Source of the DNA: Nitrospira sp.
GTDB lineage: Bacteria > Nitrospirota > Nitrospiria > Nitrospirales > Nitrospiraceae
Assembly (NCBI GenBank): GCA_047150005.1
Contig: AP038806.1
Span: 2,848,001 to 2,912,000, forward strand
Length of the DNA: 64,000 nucleotides
Direction: 5' to 3'
Shown: positions 43,402 through 52,053 of the stretch, piece after piece
Layout: the number at the start of each line of letters is the position of its first letter
Numbering within the stretch: position 1 is the first letter of the stretch
Made by a program: the position numbers and the translations under genes
The notes under the pieces: model-generated
Database searches by the model: none
Seen by the model: the letters and a program-made list of their open reading frames with translations, nothing else
What the model was told of the DNA's origin: nothing

Positions 43402-43704
43402 CTACTGAATTGGTCCATGAACGGTCACCAGGCGGCTACCGTCCGTGAAGACCGCTTCTAACTGAACCAGTGGGATCATTTCGGCCACGCCCTCCATGAC
43501 GTCATCCCGTGTCAATGTCGACCGGGCTTCTTTCATCACCTGCTCGAGGGATTTGCCCTCTCTCGCGCCGTCCAGCGCGGAGGCCGTAATCACCGCCACC
43601 GCTTCGGGGTGATTCAGCTTCAAGCCTTTCGCTTTGCGTTTCAACGCCACCTCGGCCATCATATAGATCAGCAATTTGTCCATTTCTCTCGGCGTGAGAT
43701 GCAT
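43402..43704 (-). CDS. ureA: urease subunit gamma
   Basis: [27 protein letters not shown]. Confidence 0.98.
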   Translation of the reverse strand: MHLTPREMDKLLIYMMAEVALKRKAKGLKLNHPEAVAVITASALDGAREGKSLEQVMKEARSTLTRDDVMEGVAEMIPLVQLEAVFTDGSRLVTVHGPIQ

Positions 43705-43774
43705 GGCGTACTCCTTTACTTATGGTGTCCCGCGGCGGGACGGACAACGATCTGAGAAACGGACTCCTGGTCAG

Positions 43775-44824
43775 TTACGTACGTTGACGCTCCCGGTATC
43801 GGCATAAGTTGCCTTCCGGTGTTGTCGCGTCGGCGGGTGCGACCGGAATAAATCCGGGGAATCCATTTTTAGCCAGGAGCATGAGCCAGGTGACGAAGAC
43901 GAATGCGGAGGTCAACACCGGCATACCGGACGGTTCCAAAAAGACCCCGAGTGAAGCCCATACGCGGGCCGTGACCAATACGCCGATGACCGTATAGACG
44001 ATTCCAGACCAGTTCAACACGAGAAACATGCCGCCGAGAGCCATGGCCGTCAGCGCAGCATTATAGCCGAACAGGCCGTCGCGGATCGCTTCGTCATGGG
44101 CTCCGTAGAGTACCGCACTGGCAGCGGCCAACGTCGATCCCATGAGCGCCATGGCGGCGCCGATTCGGGTGTTGATCGCGATTCCGATCAGGATGACGAT
44201 GCCAGTCACCCAATTGTCCTGGAAAAAGATCTCGGCAATCCCCATCGTGATGCCGTGAAACCAGGTGATCCCGGTATAGTCCGGTCGCGGACCCGTAAAG
44301 TCGGATGGTGAGGTCGGCTTGAGCGCGTTGGACACGTCGATCGTGGTGAACGTGAGCAAGGCGCCGAGAAAGAACCAGGTTGCCAGTACGAACGGCATTG
44401 TCAGTCCGGGTACCTTGTGGGGACCGAGCAGGGCTCCAACGGCAGGGGTAATCACCGTCGTGAACGCGGCACAGAGCACGATGTAGAGCCACAGATAGAG
44501 ATTGGGTAGCTCGCCTGTCGTGAAATTAGGACTCGTGTAAGCGACGAGGGCGATGGCGATCAATGCTCCGTTGAAACCGAATAGGCCATCCTTGATCATG
44601 CCCTTGTCCGCTTTGAAACATAGGGCTGTTGCAGTGCTGACAATGGTCCCGAAGAGACACACGACGCCGTAAATCCAAGAATTATAGAAAATCCCCGCCA
44701 GGATCACGGCTCCGGAGATCGGATTGTTCTGGAACACAACTTGGCCGATTCCCCGCAAGACCCAGTCAACGAATCCGAACGAAGGATGGTCTCGGAACTG
44801 GTCTTGGAATACGGTCGATGCCAC
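43775..44824 (-). CDS. utp: UT-family urea transporter (Utp/Yut-like channel)
   Basis: Duplicated halves: GIGQVVFQNN / GIAEIFFQDN, GLFGFN / GLFGYN, LTMPF / LTSAF. Confidence 0.92.
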   Translation of the reverse strand: MASTVFQDQFRDHPSFGFVDWVLRGIGQVVFQNNPISGAVILAGIFYNSWIYGVVCLFGTIVSTATALCFKADKGMIKDGLFGFNGALIAIALVAYTSPNFTTGELPNLYLWLYIVLCAAFTTVITPAVGALLGPHKVPGLTMPFVLATWFFLGALLTFTTIDVSNALKPTSPSDFTGPRPDYTGITWFHGITMGIAEIFFQDNWVTGIVILIGIAINTRIGAAMALMGSTLAAASAVLYGAHDEAIRDGLFGYNAALTAMALGGMFLVLNWSGIVYTVIGVLVTARVWASLGVFLEPSGMPVLTSAFVFVTWLMLLAKNGFPGFIPVAPADATTPEGNLCRYRERQRT

Positions 44825-44966
44825 GGAGGCCTCCTCTATGTCCTTTTGAAGCGCATATTCTCCTCGCCGGCGCGATTCTAATCAATCGGTACTGCCGCAG
44901 TAACTGTCAATTTTGACAGGCATTTCGGTCGGCGAGGGACCGAGGGATTTGGGGCGAGGATACCCT

Positions 44967-44996
44967 TTGACAGGCCGAAGGGCCGAATGTTACCGT
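44967..44996 (+). promoter_or_regulatory. sigma70-like promoter of nadE
   Basis: TTGACA-N18-TACCGT with TGn extension. Confidence 0.55.
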
Positions 44997-45010
44997 GACG
45001 CCAGTTTTCC

Positions 45011-45102
45011 GGAGACAACGGCGTCTCCAAAATCGGTACCTTGTCGAATACAGGACAATGACGTCCTCGATCCCGCCCCCTGGGGTCGAGGGCGTTTTTT
45101 TT
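45011..45102 (+). promoter_or_regulatory. ANTAR-type dual-hexaloop leader with overlapping terminator (leader B, nadE)
   Basis: P1 GGAGAC-AACGGC-GTCTCC; P2 AGGAC-AATGAC-GTCCT; terminator CGTCCTCGATCCC...GGGTCGAGGGCG plus T8. Confidence 0.9.
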
Positions 45103-45127
45103 GGTTGTTTGAATTTGGGTTGACCGG

Positions 45128-46903
45128 ATGCGCACATTTCGCATCGCCATGGTGCAGATGAACCCGACGGTCGGCGACTTGGACGGCAACGCGCGCCGCA
45201 TCCTTCGTTGGCTTCGCGAAGCGCGCAAAGCGAAGCCAGACCTTGTCGCGTTTCCGGAATTGGCCGTCACGGGATACCCGCCCGAAGACCTTCTGTTGAA
45301 GCCGAAGTTCGTCGAGGACAATCGCCGCGTCTTGAGCGAGGTCGCGCGCGGGGTGAGGGACGTCGTCGCTATCGTGGGATACGTCGGCCAGGAAGAATCG
45401 GCCGGTCGTCATGCGCCGTCCTCCCCCGTCGTGGCGGCGGGCCGGCACGAAATCTACAACGCCGCAGCGCTGTTGGCGGAAGGACGGCTGGTGACGACCT
45501 ATGCCAAGCGGCACTTGCCCAACTACGGGGTGTTTGACGAGAGCCGGTATTTCACGCCCGGGCGCCGGCTGCCGCTGGTCACGATCAACGGCACCGTCGT
45601 CGCGGTCAACATTTGCGAGGATATCTGGCTGCCCAACGGCCCGACGCGACGACAGGCGGCGGCCGGGGCGGAAATCATCGTCAACATCAATGCCTCGCCG
45701 TTTCACCTGGGCAAGAGCCGCTCGCGCGAGCAGATGTTGGCCACCCGTGCCCGGGACAACGGGGTGATCGTGACCTATACGAACATGGTCGGAGGGCAGG
45801 ATGAGCTGGTGTTCGACGGTCACAGCGTGGTCCTCGACCATACAGGCGATCTCGTCGCGAGGGCCAAGGGTTTCGAGGAAGATCTGCTGGTGGTCGATCT
45901 GAACGTGGAAACGGTGGCCAGGTCCAGGGCCGCTAGAGGCAGAACGCCTCGCGCGGAGCCGTCGGCCGCGATGTCCGTCGAGAGAGTCGTTCTTCGTACC
46001 AAGCCCCGGATGAAGCGGGCCCGAGTCATTGCGCCGGTCGAGCCGCTCGCCGATCCGTTGGACGAAGTGTACGAAGCGTTGACGGTGGGCGTGCGTGATT
46101 ACGTGAAGAAGAACGGGTTCAGGCACGTGCTCATCGGACTCAGCGGCGGCATCGACTCCGCCTTGACGGCCGTGGTCGCCGTCGATGCCTTGGGAGCCGA
46201 CCACGTGCTGGGAGTGTTCATGCCGTCCCCCTATACGTCGCGCGAGAGCCGCGAGGACACGATCGAACTGGTCCGGAGGCTGGCCATTCGGATGAAGACC
46301 CTGTCGATCACTCCGACGTTCAAGGCCTACCTCCGAACATTGGACGGGGCGTTCGCCGAGACGAAGGTGGATACGACGGAGGAAAACCTCCAGGCCCGCA
46401 TCCGCGGAAATCTGCTCATGGCGCTGTCCAACAAGTTCGGTCATTTGGTGCTGACGACGGGCAACAAAAGCGAGATGAGCGTGGGCTATGCCACATTGTA
46501 CGGCGACATGGCCGGCGGGTTCGCGGTCATCAAGGACGTCCCCAAGACGATGGTCTATGAACTGGCGCATCGCCGGAATCGTCGCGGGGGACGTCCGGTG
46601 ATTCCCAAACGGATCCTCGATCGTGCGCCGACGGCGGAATTGAGAGCCAACCAGAAGGACGAAGACAATCTGCCCCCCTATGCCGTGCTGGACCCCATTC
46701 TCAAGGCCTACGTCGAGGACGACCGGTCGGTGGAAGAAATGGTGGACATGGGTTTCGATCGCAGGACCGTATTGCGGATCGTGGCGTTGGTGGACCGCAG
46801 CGAGTACAAACGCCGTCAGGCCCCGGTCGGCATCAAGATCACCCATCGGGGGCTCGGCAAGGATCGCCGGATGCCCATTACGAGCAGCTATCGCAACTGT
46901 TAG
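45128..46903 (+). CDS. nadE: glutamine-dependent NAD+ synthetase
   Basis: Nitrilase-type domain (FPEL..TGYPPEDL, K.HLPNYGVFDE, ICEDIW) plus synthetase domain (GLSGGIDS, ENLQARIRG, TTGNKSE, YKRRQAP). Confidence 0.97.
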   Translation: MRTFRIAMVQMNPTVGDLDGNARRILRWLREARKAKPDLVAFPELAVTGYPPEDLLLKPKFVEDNRRVLSEVARGVRDVVAIVGYVGQEESAGRHAPSSPVVAAGRHEIYNAAALLAEGRLVTTYAKRHLPNYGVFDESRYFTPGRRLPLVTINGTVVAVNICEDIWLPNGPTRRQAAAGAEIIVNINASPFHLGKSRSREQMLATRARDNGVIVTYTNMVGGQDELVFDGHSVVLDHTGDLVARAKGFEEDLLVVDLNVETVARSRAARGRTPRAEPSAAMSVERVVLRTKPRMKRARVIAPVEPLADPLDEVYEALTVGVRDYVKKNGFRHVLIGLSGGIDSALTAVVAVDALGADHVLGVFMPSPYTSRESREDTIELVRRLAIRMKTLSITPTFKAYLRTLDGAFAETKVDTTEENLQARIRGNLLMALSNKFGHLVLTTGNKSEMSVGYATLYGDMAGGFAVIKDVPKTMVYELAHRRNRRGGRPVIPKRILDRAPTAELRANQKDEDNLPPYAVLDPILKAYVEDDRSVEEMVDMGFDRRTVLRIVALVDRSEYKRRQAPVGIKITHRGLGKDRRMPITSSYRNC

Positions 46904-47101
46904 CCCGCATTATCCAGTATGCCGTGAAAAGGTGATGTGTGTCCGGCAGGCGCAAGTCCTGTCGGAGCTGAGGGAAAAGACTCCCGGTACCTTTGCTCTC
47001 TCCCGCGGTACTCACTCGGGAAGTGAGGTACAGCGGAGCCTGACCACATCGGTGTGCGGAGGCCCTCCTCCACTGCGTTTCGGCTGACCTGGTCCGCGCT
47101 G

Positions 47102-48106
47102 TCATGGCGCTGTGTGCTGGAGATTGGAAGGCGGTTTGGGCTTCCCCTTGCGGCCGTCCGGCCGCGCGGTTTGTTCTTCGAGTTGTTTTTTGATAGATTG
47201 CAATTCCTTCCTGAGGGTTTCCAATTCCAGATCCTTCTTGATGACCAAGTCTTTGAGCGTGTGAATTTCCGCCTCGCGCTGTGCGAGGGTCTCAGCGGTC
47301 TGAGAAGGGGTTTCGGCTCTCCCGGATTCCGGCAGAGCCCCGTGAGTCGGCGCGATCACGTGTTTTGCTGGAGAGGGGAACTGTTCGCCGACTGCCTCGG
47401 AAGGCGATGCACGTTGCAGCAGTTGGTAATCAATCGCGACCGTCCTACCGGGCGAGGTTTCTCCAGTCTGTCGATGAACACTCTCCGGGCGTTGAGCGGC
47501 GCTCGGCGTGAACTGCAAAGAGCGATCGGAGAGGCCTGACGTATCAAGGAGACGAAGGCGGGGGGTACCGTCCGGCTTGGGCTGGGTCTGACCCGGGGCA
47601 TAGTGAAATTGGGAAAGTGTGACATACAGAGACAGGTCATAGGCGTAGAGAGAGCCAGCGGTGGTTTCCGCGAGGGCATTCTCGAATCGCCCGGAATGTC
47701 GCCGAGGGCTTCTGACGACGAAGGCCACGGCCTCTCCCGCCGTCGCGGTCGACAGGGCCTTGGCAATCCTGGGGGTCAGGAACTGGACTTCTTCATCCGA
47801 AAAAACAGAGATGTCTGAAGATGATCCCTCCAGCATTTCCTGAAGGGCGCGCTGATGCTCGTGGACGCGGAGCCCGCTCAGGACGAGAGCAATAAGAGGT
47901 TGATTCAGAATGATCGGGTGGCTGGCCTGGATCGATCGGTCGGAGATCGCCTGAAGCGATACGGTTCCTCGTGGATCTTCCGGGCGCGCCTCGCCTGCCG
48001 GTGGTGTCGTGCTGCATGCGGGAACCGCCAGACAAAGCAAGGCGAGGAGAAGCGAGTGGGTGTGAGATTTGCTGCCTCTTGCCGAATGATCGTGTGAGAT
48101 GGCCAT
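47102..48106 (-). CDS. uncharacterised lipoprotein with C-terminal coiled coil (paralog of 27553-28473)
   Basis: Lipobox-like VPAC; shared motifs with 27553-28473; start uncertain. Confidence 0.78.
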   Translation of the reverse strand: MAISHDHSARGSKSHTHSLLLALLCLAVPACSTTPPAGEARPEDPRGTVSLQAISDRSIQASHPIILNQPLIALVLSGLRVHEHQRALQEMLEGSSSDISVFSDEEVQFLTPRIAKALSTATAGEAVAFVVRSPRRHSGRFENALAETTAGSLYAYDLSLYVTLSQFHYAPGQTQPKPDGTPRLRLLDTSGLSDRSLQFTPSAAQRPESVHRQTGETSPGRTVAIDYQLLQRASPSEAVGEQFPSPAKHVIAPTHGALPESGRAETPSQTAETLAQREAEIHTLKDLVIKKDLELETLRKELQSIKKQLEEQTARPDGRKGKPKPPSNLQHTAP

Positions 48107-48268
48107 AGGTGGGACCGGGGTCCGGGTGGTTGTCCGCGTGGATGCGGACACGTGTAGCCGGGCGAGTCGCCTCCGTGCTTGCGATGTCGACGTGATCTGA
48201 CAGACCCTGAGCGAGAGGAGATTCCTTGACCGGGTTCGTCCCGGCTGACCGGTTCAAATCTACGGTTG

Positions 48269-48296
48269 CGGAGAAGCGGTGATGACCGCTTCTCCG
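48269..48296. repeat. perfect 12-bp hairpin in intergenic region
   Basis: CGGAGAAGCGGT-GATG-ACCGCTTCTCCG, no U tail. Confidence 0.7.
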
Positions 48297-48334
48297 ACGC
48301 GCGCTCCAGCCGAAACGTCGTCGGGCCGCGACGG

Positions 48335-48730
48335 TCAGTTCGCCCGCTCTCTTGCATACATCCGTTGCGCCTTCTCTCTGTGTTCAGCTGCGAGTTGCCG
48401 CAATTCAGTGGACTGCTTCCACTTGGACTGGGCCGCGATGGTCAAGCTGGCGCGTCGAAATCCCTTTGTATCCGTGAGCGGTGTAATCGATGCCGCCGTC
48501 CGTTCGTACTTGAGCGCTTCGTCTTCTACCGAATCCGCGGTGCTCTCATAGAACTTGGCGATCTCCTCCAGCTCCGCCGCCGTCCAGGGCTTGTCCTGAG
48601 TTCCCTTGTCGGTTGTCTCGGCCCATGCTTGAGGTACGGACTCGCTCCTCAGATCCTTTCCCGATGTCAAATACCACGTCCCTGTGATCCCCAGCACAAG
48701 GCCGATACAAACCGACAACGCCGTTCGCAT
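48335..48730 (-). CDS. small exported helical protein (DTKGFRR family)
   Basis: AGGAGG RBS, N-terminal TM/signal, AASITPLTDTKGFRRASL shared with the 50243 and 50676 genes. Confidence 0.8.
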   Translation of the reverse strand: MRTALSVCIGLVLGITGTWYLTSGKDLRSESVPQAWAETTDKGTQDKPWTAAELEEIAKFYESTADSVEDEALKYERTAASITPLTDTKGFRRASLTIAAQSKWKQSTELRQLAAEHREKAQRMYARERAN

Positions 48731-48891
48731 GAGTCGACCTCCTATTGCTGTCATGGTGAGGTGGAATCGGCGTCGTGATTCGGCGCCGCCATTTCCGATT
48801 CCTCATCCTCTAATCGTCAAACTCCCTTTCTTCCGAGAGCTTCTACCATACTTGATCATGATTGTCAGGATGAGGCGTGGTCGAGCGCTCT

Positions 48892-49812
48892 TCAACCGAC
48901 CGGGCAAGGGCTCCAACGTAGGTCGCTCTTCTGCACCCATCCAGCCAGTCCCTGTTCGGTATGAATACGAAGAAACGCACCATCCAACGGCGTGTGTTCT
49001 CCGAGGGCGAATTCCGACCCCAACGTTCCAACGACGGGTCCCTCCCCCGGTGAAGACCGTATGACGACCCCGCTTCGCTCCGGCACATGGCAGACCAGCG
49101 GCGAGATTGCCTCGACATGGTATCCGATCTCATGAGATTCAAAGGTTTCGCGGGTTGGGGTTTGTTTTGCCGGGTCGATCGAGTCCCGGTCCGCATCCCG
49201 TATCGCGCGAAGCGGTCGCGCTGATTCAGCCGTTGCCTCTCCGTGAAGGGACAACGCAGCCTGCGTAAGGGGAAGCGCCTTCATCACAGACTCTGCGAGA
49301 TCCACCAAAAGATCCGAAGCCGGAACGGTACGAGATTGAGTGAGACCCTCATCGGCCAGAGCTGCCCGTGTTTCAATCAGGTGAACGCGATATCCGTCAC
49401 GGTAGGGTTGAATGCAGGCCGTGAACCGATAGACCGTCTGGGACACCCCGCGGAGTCCCTCGATCATCGCTAACGAGTGAGGACAGATTACATGAGGGAA
49501 ATTCACGGCGCCCAAGCGGTGCAGGGTCAACACCCTGCTCTCGACAAGTACTCCTGAAGGGACAAGGGGCACCGGGGTGGGCATGGCCCCCTCGGTCACG
49601 GTCGGTGGTGCCTTCAGGACACGCAGAAAGGAATCCTGCAGCACGCGGATCATGGCATTCGGGTCCACGTCGCCGGGAAGATCGTAGGCCTTCAAGGCAG
49701 CGGGCGGAACATCCGACTCCACCGGAGATCTCCAGGACGCGCATCCCGCAACGAGGGTGGCGAATCCGAGAAGCAGCGCAGCGTAATTGATCATCATGTG
49801 CCGGGCACGCAT
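48892..49812 (-). CDS. uncharacterised lipoprotein with C-terminal SH3b-like region
   Basis: GAGGAG RBS, lipobox VAGC, C-terminal IRSSPG...GLAGWV. Confidence 0.75.
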   Translation of the reverse strand: MRARHMMINYAALLLGFATLVAGCASWRSPVESDVPPAALKAYDLPGDVDPNAMIRVLQDSFLRVLKAPPTVTEGAMPTPVPLVPSGVLVESRVLTLHRLGAVNFPHVICPHSLAMIEGLRGVSQTVYRFTACIQPYRDGYRVHLIETRAALADEGLTQSRTVPASDLLVDLAESVMKALPLTQAALSLHGEATAESARPLRAIRDADRDSIDPAKQTPTRETFESHEIGYHVEAISPLVCHVPERSGVVIRSSPGEGPVVGTLGSEFALGEHTPLDGAFLRIHTEQGLAGWVQKSDLRWSPCPVG

Positions 49813-49864
49813 GGGTGTCTCCTCAATGTGTCCTTGCTTTGATTCAACGCAGTCGAGTCAACCC

Positions 49865-49953
49865 AAAAAAAAACGCCTTCTGGTCCCACGGGACCGGAAG
49901 ACGTCATCGTCCGTTTGCCGGGGATCAGCCCGGCCGGAGGCGTCATCGCCTCC
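49865..49953 (-). promoter_or_regulatory. ANTAR-type dual-hexaloop attenuator, downstream unit of tandem leader D
   Basis: Minus strand: GGAGGC-GATGAC-GCCTCC, linker hairpin, GGAC-GATGAC-GTCT, terminator plus T9. Confidence 0.8.
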
Positions 49954-49972
49954 ACATTCACTGTTTCAAAAC

Positions 49973-50050
49973 AAAAAAAAGGACCTCTGGTCAACGAGAC
50001 CGGAGGACCTCACTGTCCACACACCGCGACAAGAAACGCCTTTGTCTCCT
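49973..50050 (-). promoter_or_regulatory. ANTAR-type dual-hexaloop attenuator, upstream unit of tandem leader D
   Basis: Minus strand: AGGAGAC-AAAGGC-GTTTCTT, GGAC-AGTGAG-GTCC, imperfect terminator plus T8. Confidence 0.8.
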
Positions 50051-50062
50051 GCCACGCGATTG

Positions 50063-50092
50063 TGTTTAGCAGAGAACCACCGACTCTGTCAA
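50063..50092 (-). promoter_or_regulatory. sigma70-like promoter ahead of leader D
   Basis: TTGACA-N18-TAAACA with TGn extension. Confidence 0.5.
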
Positions 50093-50242
50093 TACCCGGA
50101 CCCATCAACGGAGAAAGCCCTTAGAAGCCCATCCGAATCGAGAAGGAGTTGATGGCGGAGATAGGGAGGTGGAAGAAAGAACGTTGCGGGGTCAAGGCCA
50201 TTCGGGCGTCCGACTCGGATCTTGGCCCCGCCGCTGGTGCGC

Positions 50243-50644
50243 CTACTGGGGTTGCTGCTTGCCGAACATCGCGTTCGCCTTGGTCTCATGCGCGGCATAG
50301 AGCTGCTGCATCTCGCCTGCGTATAGCTGGTAGGTCTGCGCCGCCGTCATGAGTGCGCTGCGCCGGAATCCCTTGGTATCCTCAAGCGGCCTGATCGACG
50401 CCGCAGCCTTCTCAAACGTGTCTGCTTTGGTGTGGGCCCGCTCGGCTTCTTTCTGGTACACAAGAGCTGCAGCAAGATGGTCATCGGCCGTGCCCTGGGA
50501 TGCGACGCGGGTTTGAAGGTCTTGCGGGAGGACCTGATCCTTGGCGAACGAGCAGCCCACGTTTCCGATCAGGGTGAACGAAAGAAGCGCCGGGATCGCC
50601 CAGAGCATCTGCACCATGGTCCGTTTCTCATCTCTGCTGGTCAT
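50243..50644 (-). CDS. small putative lipoprotein (DTKGFRR family), tandem copy 2
   Basis: GGAGG RBS; hydrophobic signal ending VGC; 133 aa. Confidence 0.82.
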   Translation of the reverse strand: MTSRDEKRTMVQMLWAIPALLSFTLIGNVGCSFAKDQVLPQDLQTRVASQGTADDHLAAALVYQKEAERAHTKADTFEKAAASIRPLEDTKGFRRSALMTAAQTYQLYAGEMQQLYAAHETKANAMFGKQQPQ

Positions 50645-50675
50645 TGTGCACCTCCTCCAATCATTTTCCGGGTAT

Positions 50676-51077
50676 TTACTGCGGCCGCTGATGGCCCAGC
50701 ATAGTTTCGGCCTTGGCCTGATGCGCGGCGTAGAGCTGCTGCATCTCGCCTGCGTATTGCTGGTAGGTCTGCGCCGCCGTCATGAGTGCGCTGCGCCGGA
50801 ATCCCTTGGTATCCTCAAGCGGCCTGATCGACGCCGCAGCCTTCTCAAACGTGTCTGCCTTGGTGTGGGCCCGCTCGGCTTCTTTCTGGTACACAAGAGC
50901 TGCAGCAAGATGGTCATCGGCCGTGCCCTGGGATGCGACGCGGGTTTGAAGGTCTTGCGGGAGGACCTGATCCTTGGCGAACGAGCAGCCCACGTTTCCG
51001 ATCAGGGTGAACGAAAGAAGCGCCGGGATCGCCCAGAGCATCTGCACCATGGTCCGTTTCTCGTCTCTGCTGGTCAT
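50676..51077 (-). CDS. small putative lipoprotein (DTKGFRR family), tandem copy 1
   Basis: GGAGG RBS; nearly identical to 50243-50644 at a 433-bp offset. Confidence 0.82.
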   Translation of the reverse strand: MTSRDEKRTMVQMLWAIPALLSFTLIGNVGCSFAKDQVLPQDLQTRVASQGTADDHLAAALVYQKEAERAHTKADTFEKAAASIRPLEDTKGFRRSALMTAAQTYQQYAGEMQQLYAAHQAKAETMLGHQRPQ

Positions 51078-51397
51078 TGTGTACCTCCCTTTTGATGTGC
51101 CCATCCTACCCAACAGGTGGAATCCTCTGTATCAGGTAATCACCTGGGAAGTGTCGCGGAATCTACTGACAAGGGCGGGAAATTCAACCGAATTGAGCGT
51201 TTAGCCCATATGATCTATGACCGCTGCTACTGTAAGAAGCCCGGGGGGACGCACCTGGTCGTGAAGTCGAACGGGAAGGACCTCTCTGCTGCAAGACGAT
51301 CGAACGCGGCGGGTCCACGCGTCCGTCTCGCGTGCCGACTGCGCGACTTCGCGGCGAACCGTCATGAATAATGTGGGCTATGCGGGCACCCGGGGGG

Positions 51398-52051
51398 TCA
51401 GGAGTCTGCGGTGATGAGCCCGATGCGGATCGCATACCGGACGAGGCCGGCAATATCATGAATATCCAAGCGCTGCATCAGCTCGGTTCGATGGGTATCG
51501 ACGGTCTTGACGCTGAGGTTGAGTTTTTGCGCGATGTCCTTGGTGGAATGCCCTTCCGCGACCAATTGGAGGACTTCACGTTGGCGCGGAGTCAGTTCTT
51601 GAACGGGACTGGTCGTGACTCCCTCCGGGTGCAAGTAATTCTGCACCACCTGCTTTGAGACGGCAGGGGCGAGATAGGTCTCGCCCCGCATGACCGCCTT
51701 GATCGCCAGTTCCAGCTCTGCGGGGTCCGCGCCCTTGAGCAGGTAGCCTGCCGCGCCGGCCTGCAGCGCCCGCCGGACATATTCTTCATTGGCATGCATC
51801 GAGAGAATGATGATGCGAGGCGCGGGAGCAAGTTTCACCATTCTGGCCGCCGCTTCCAGACCGTTGAGTTCCGGCATGCCGATATCCATGATCACAATAT
51901 CGGGTCGGTGTTGTTCGGCGAGCTGGAGGGCCTCATGCCCGTTGCCCGCCTCCGCGACCACCTGGACCAGCTCAAGACTTTTCAAGAGGGCGCGAAGGCC
52001 GGCCCTCATGAGGCGATGATCATCGGCGAGGAGAACCCGAATCATAGGCAT
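51398..52051 (-). CDS. NarL/FixJ-family response regulator
   Basis: LADDH, MDIGMP, GYLLK, LuxR HTH LTPRQREVL...LSVKTVDTHR. Confidence 0.95.
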   Translation of the reverse strand: MPMIRVLLADDHRLMRAGLRALLKSLELVQVVAEAGNGHEALQLAEQHRPDIVIMDIGMPELNGLEAAARMVKLAPAPRIIILSMHANEEYVRRALQAGAAGYLLKGADPAELELAIKAVMRGETYLAPAVSKQVVQNYLHPEGVTTSPVQELTPRQREVLQLVAEGHSTKDIAQKLNLSVKTVDTHRTELMQRLDIHDIAGLVRYAIRIGLITADS

Positions 52052-52053
52052 CG

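Noticed and set aside
44829..44850. GGAC-ATAGAG upstream of utp (minus strand) as an ANTAR hairpin
   Set aside because: The loop has A1/G4, but the following bases (GAGG) cannot pair with GGAC and no terminator follows.
44990..46846. 618-aa antisense ORF over nadE, and similar long antisense ORFs over glnD, urtA, the amt porin and ribosomal genes
   Set aside because: Shadow ORFs expected from high-GC codon bias; no recognisable motifs, and the sense-strand genes are unambiguous.
46975..46994. AAAAGACTCCCGGTACCTTT as a possible REP-like site
   Set aside because: Single occurrence with no partner repeat or transposase in the window.
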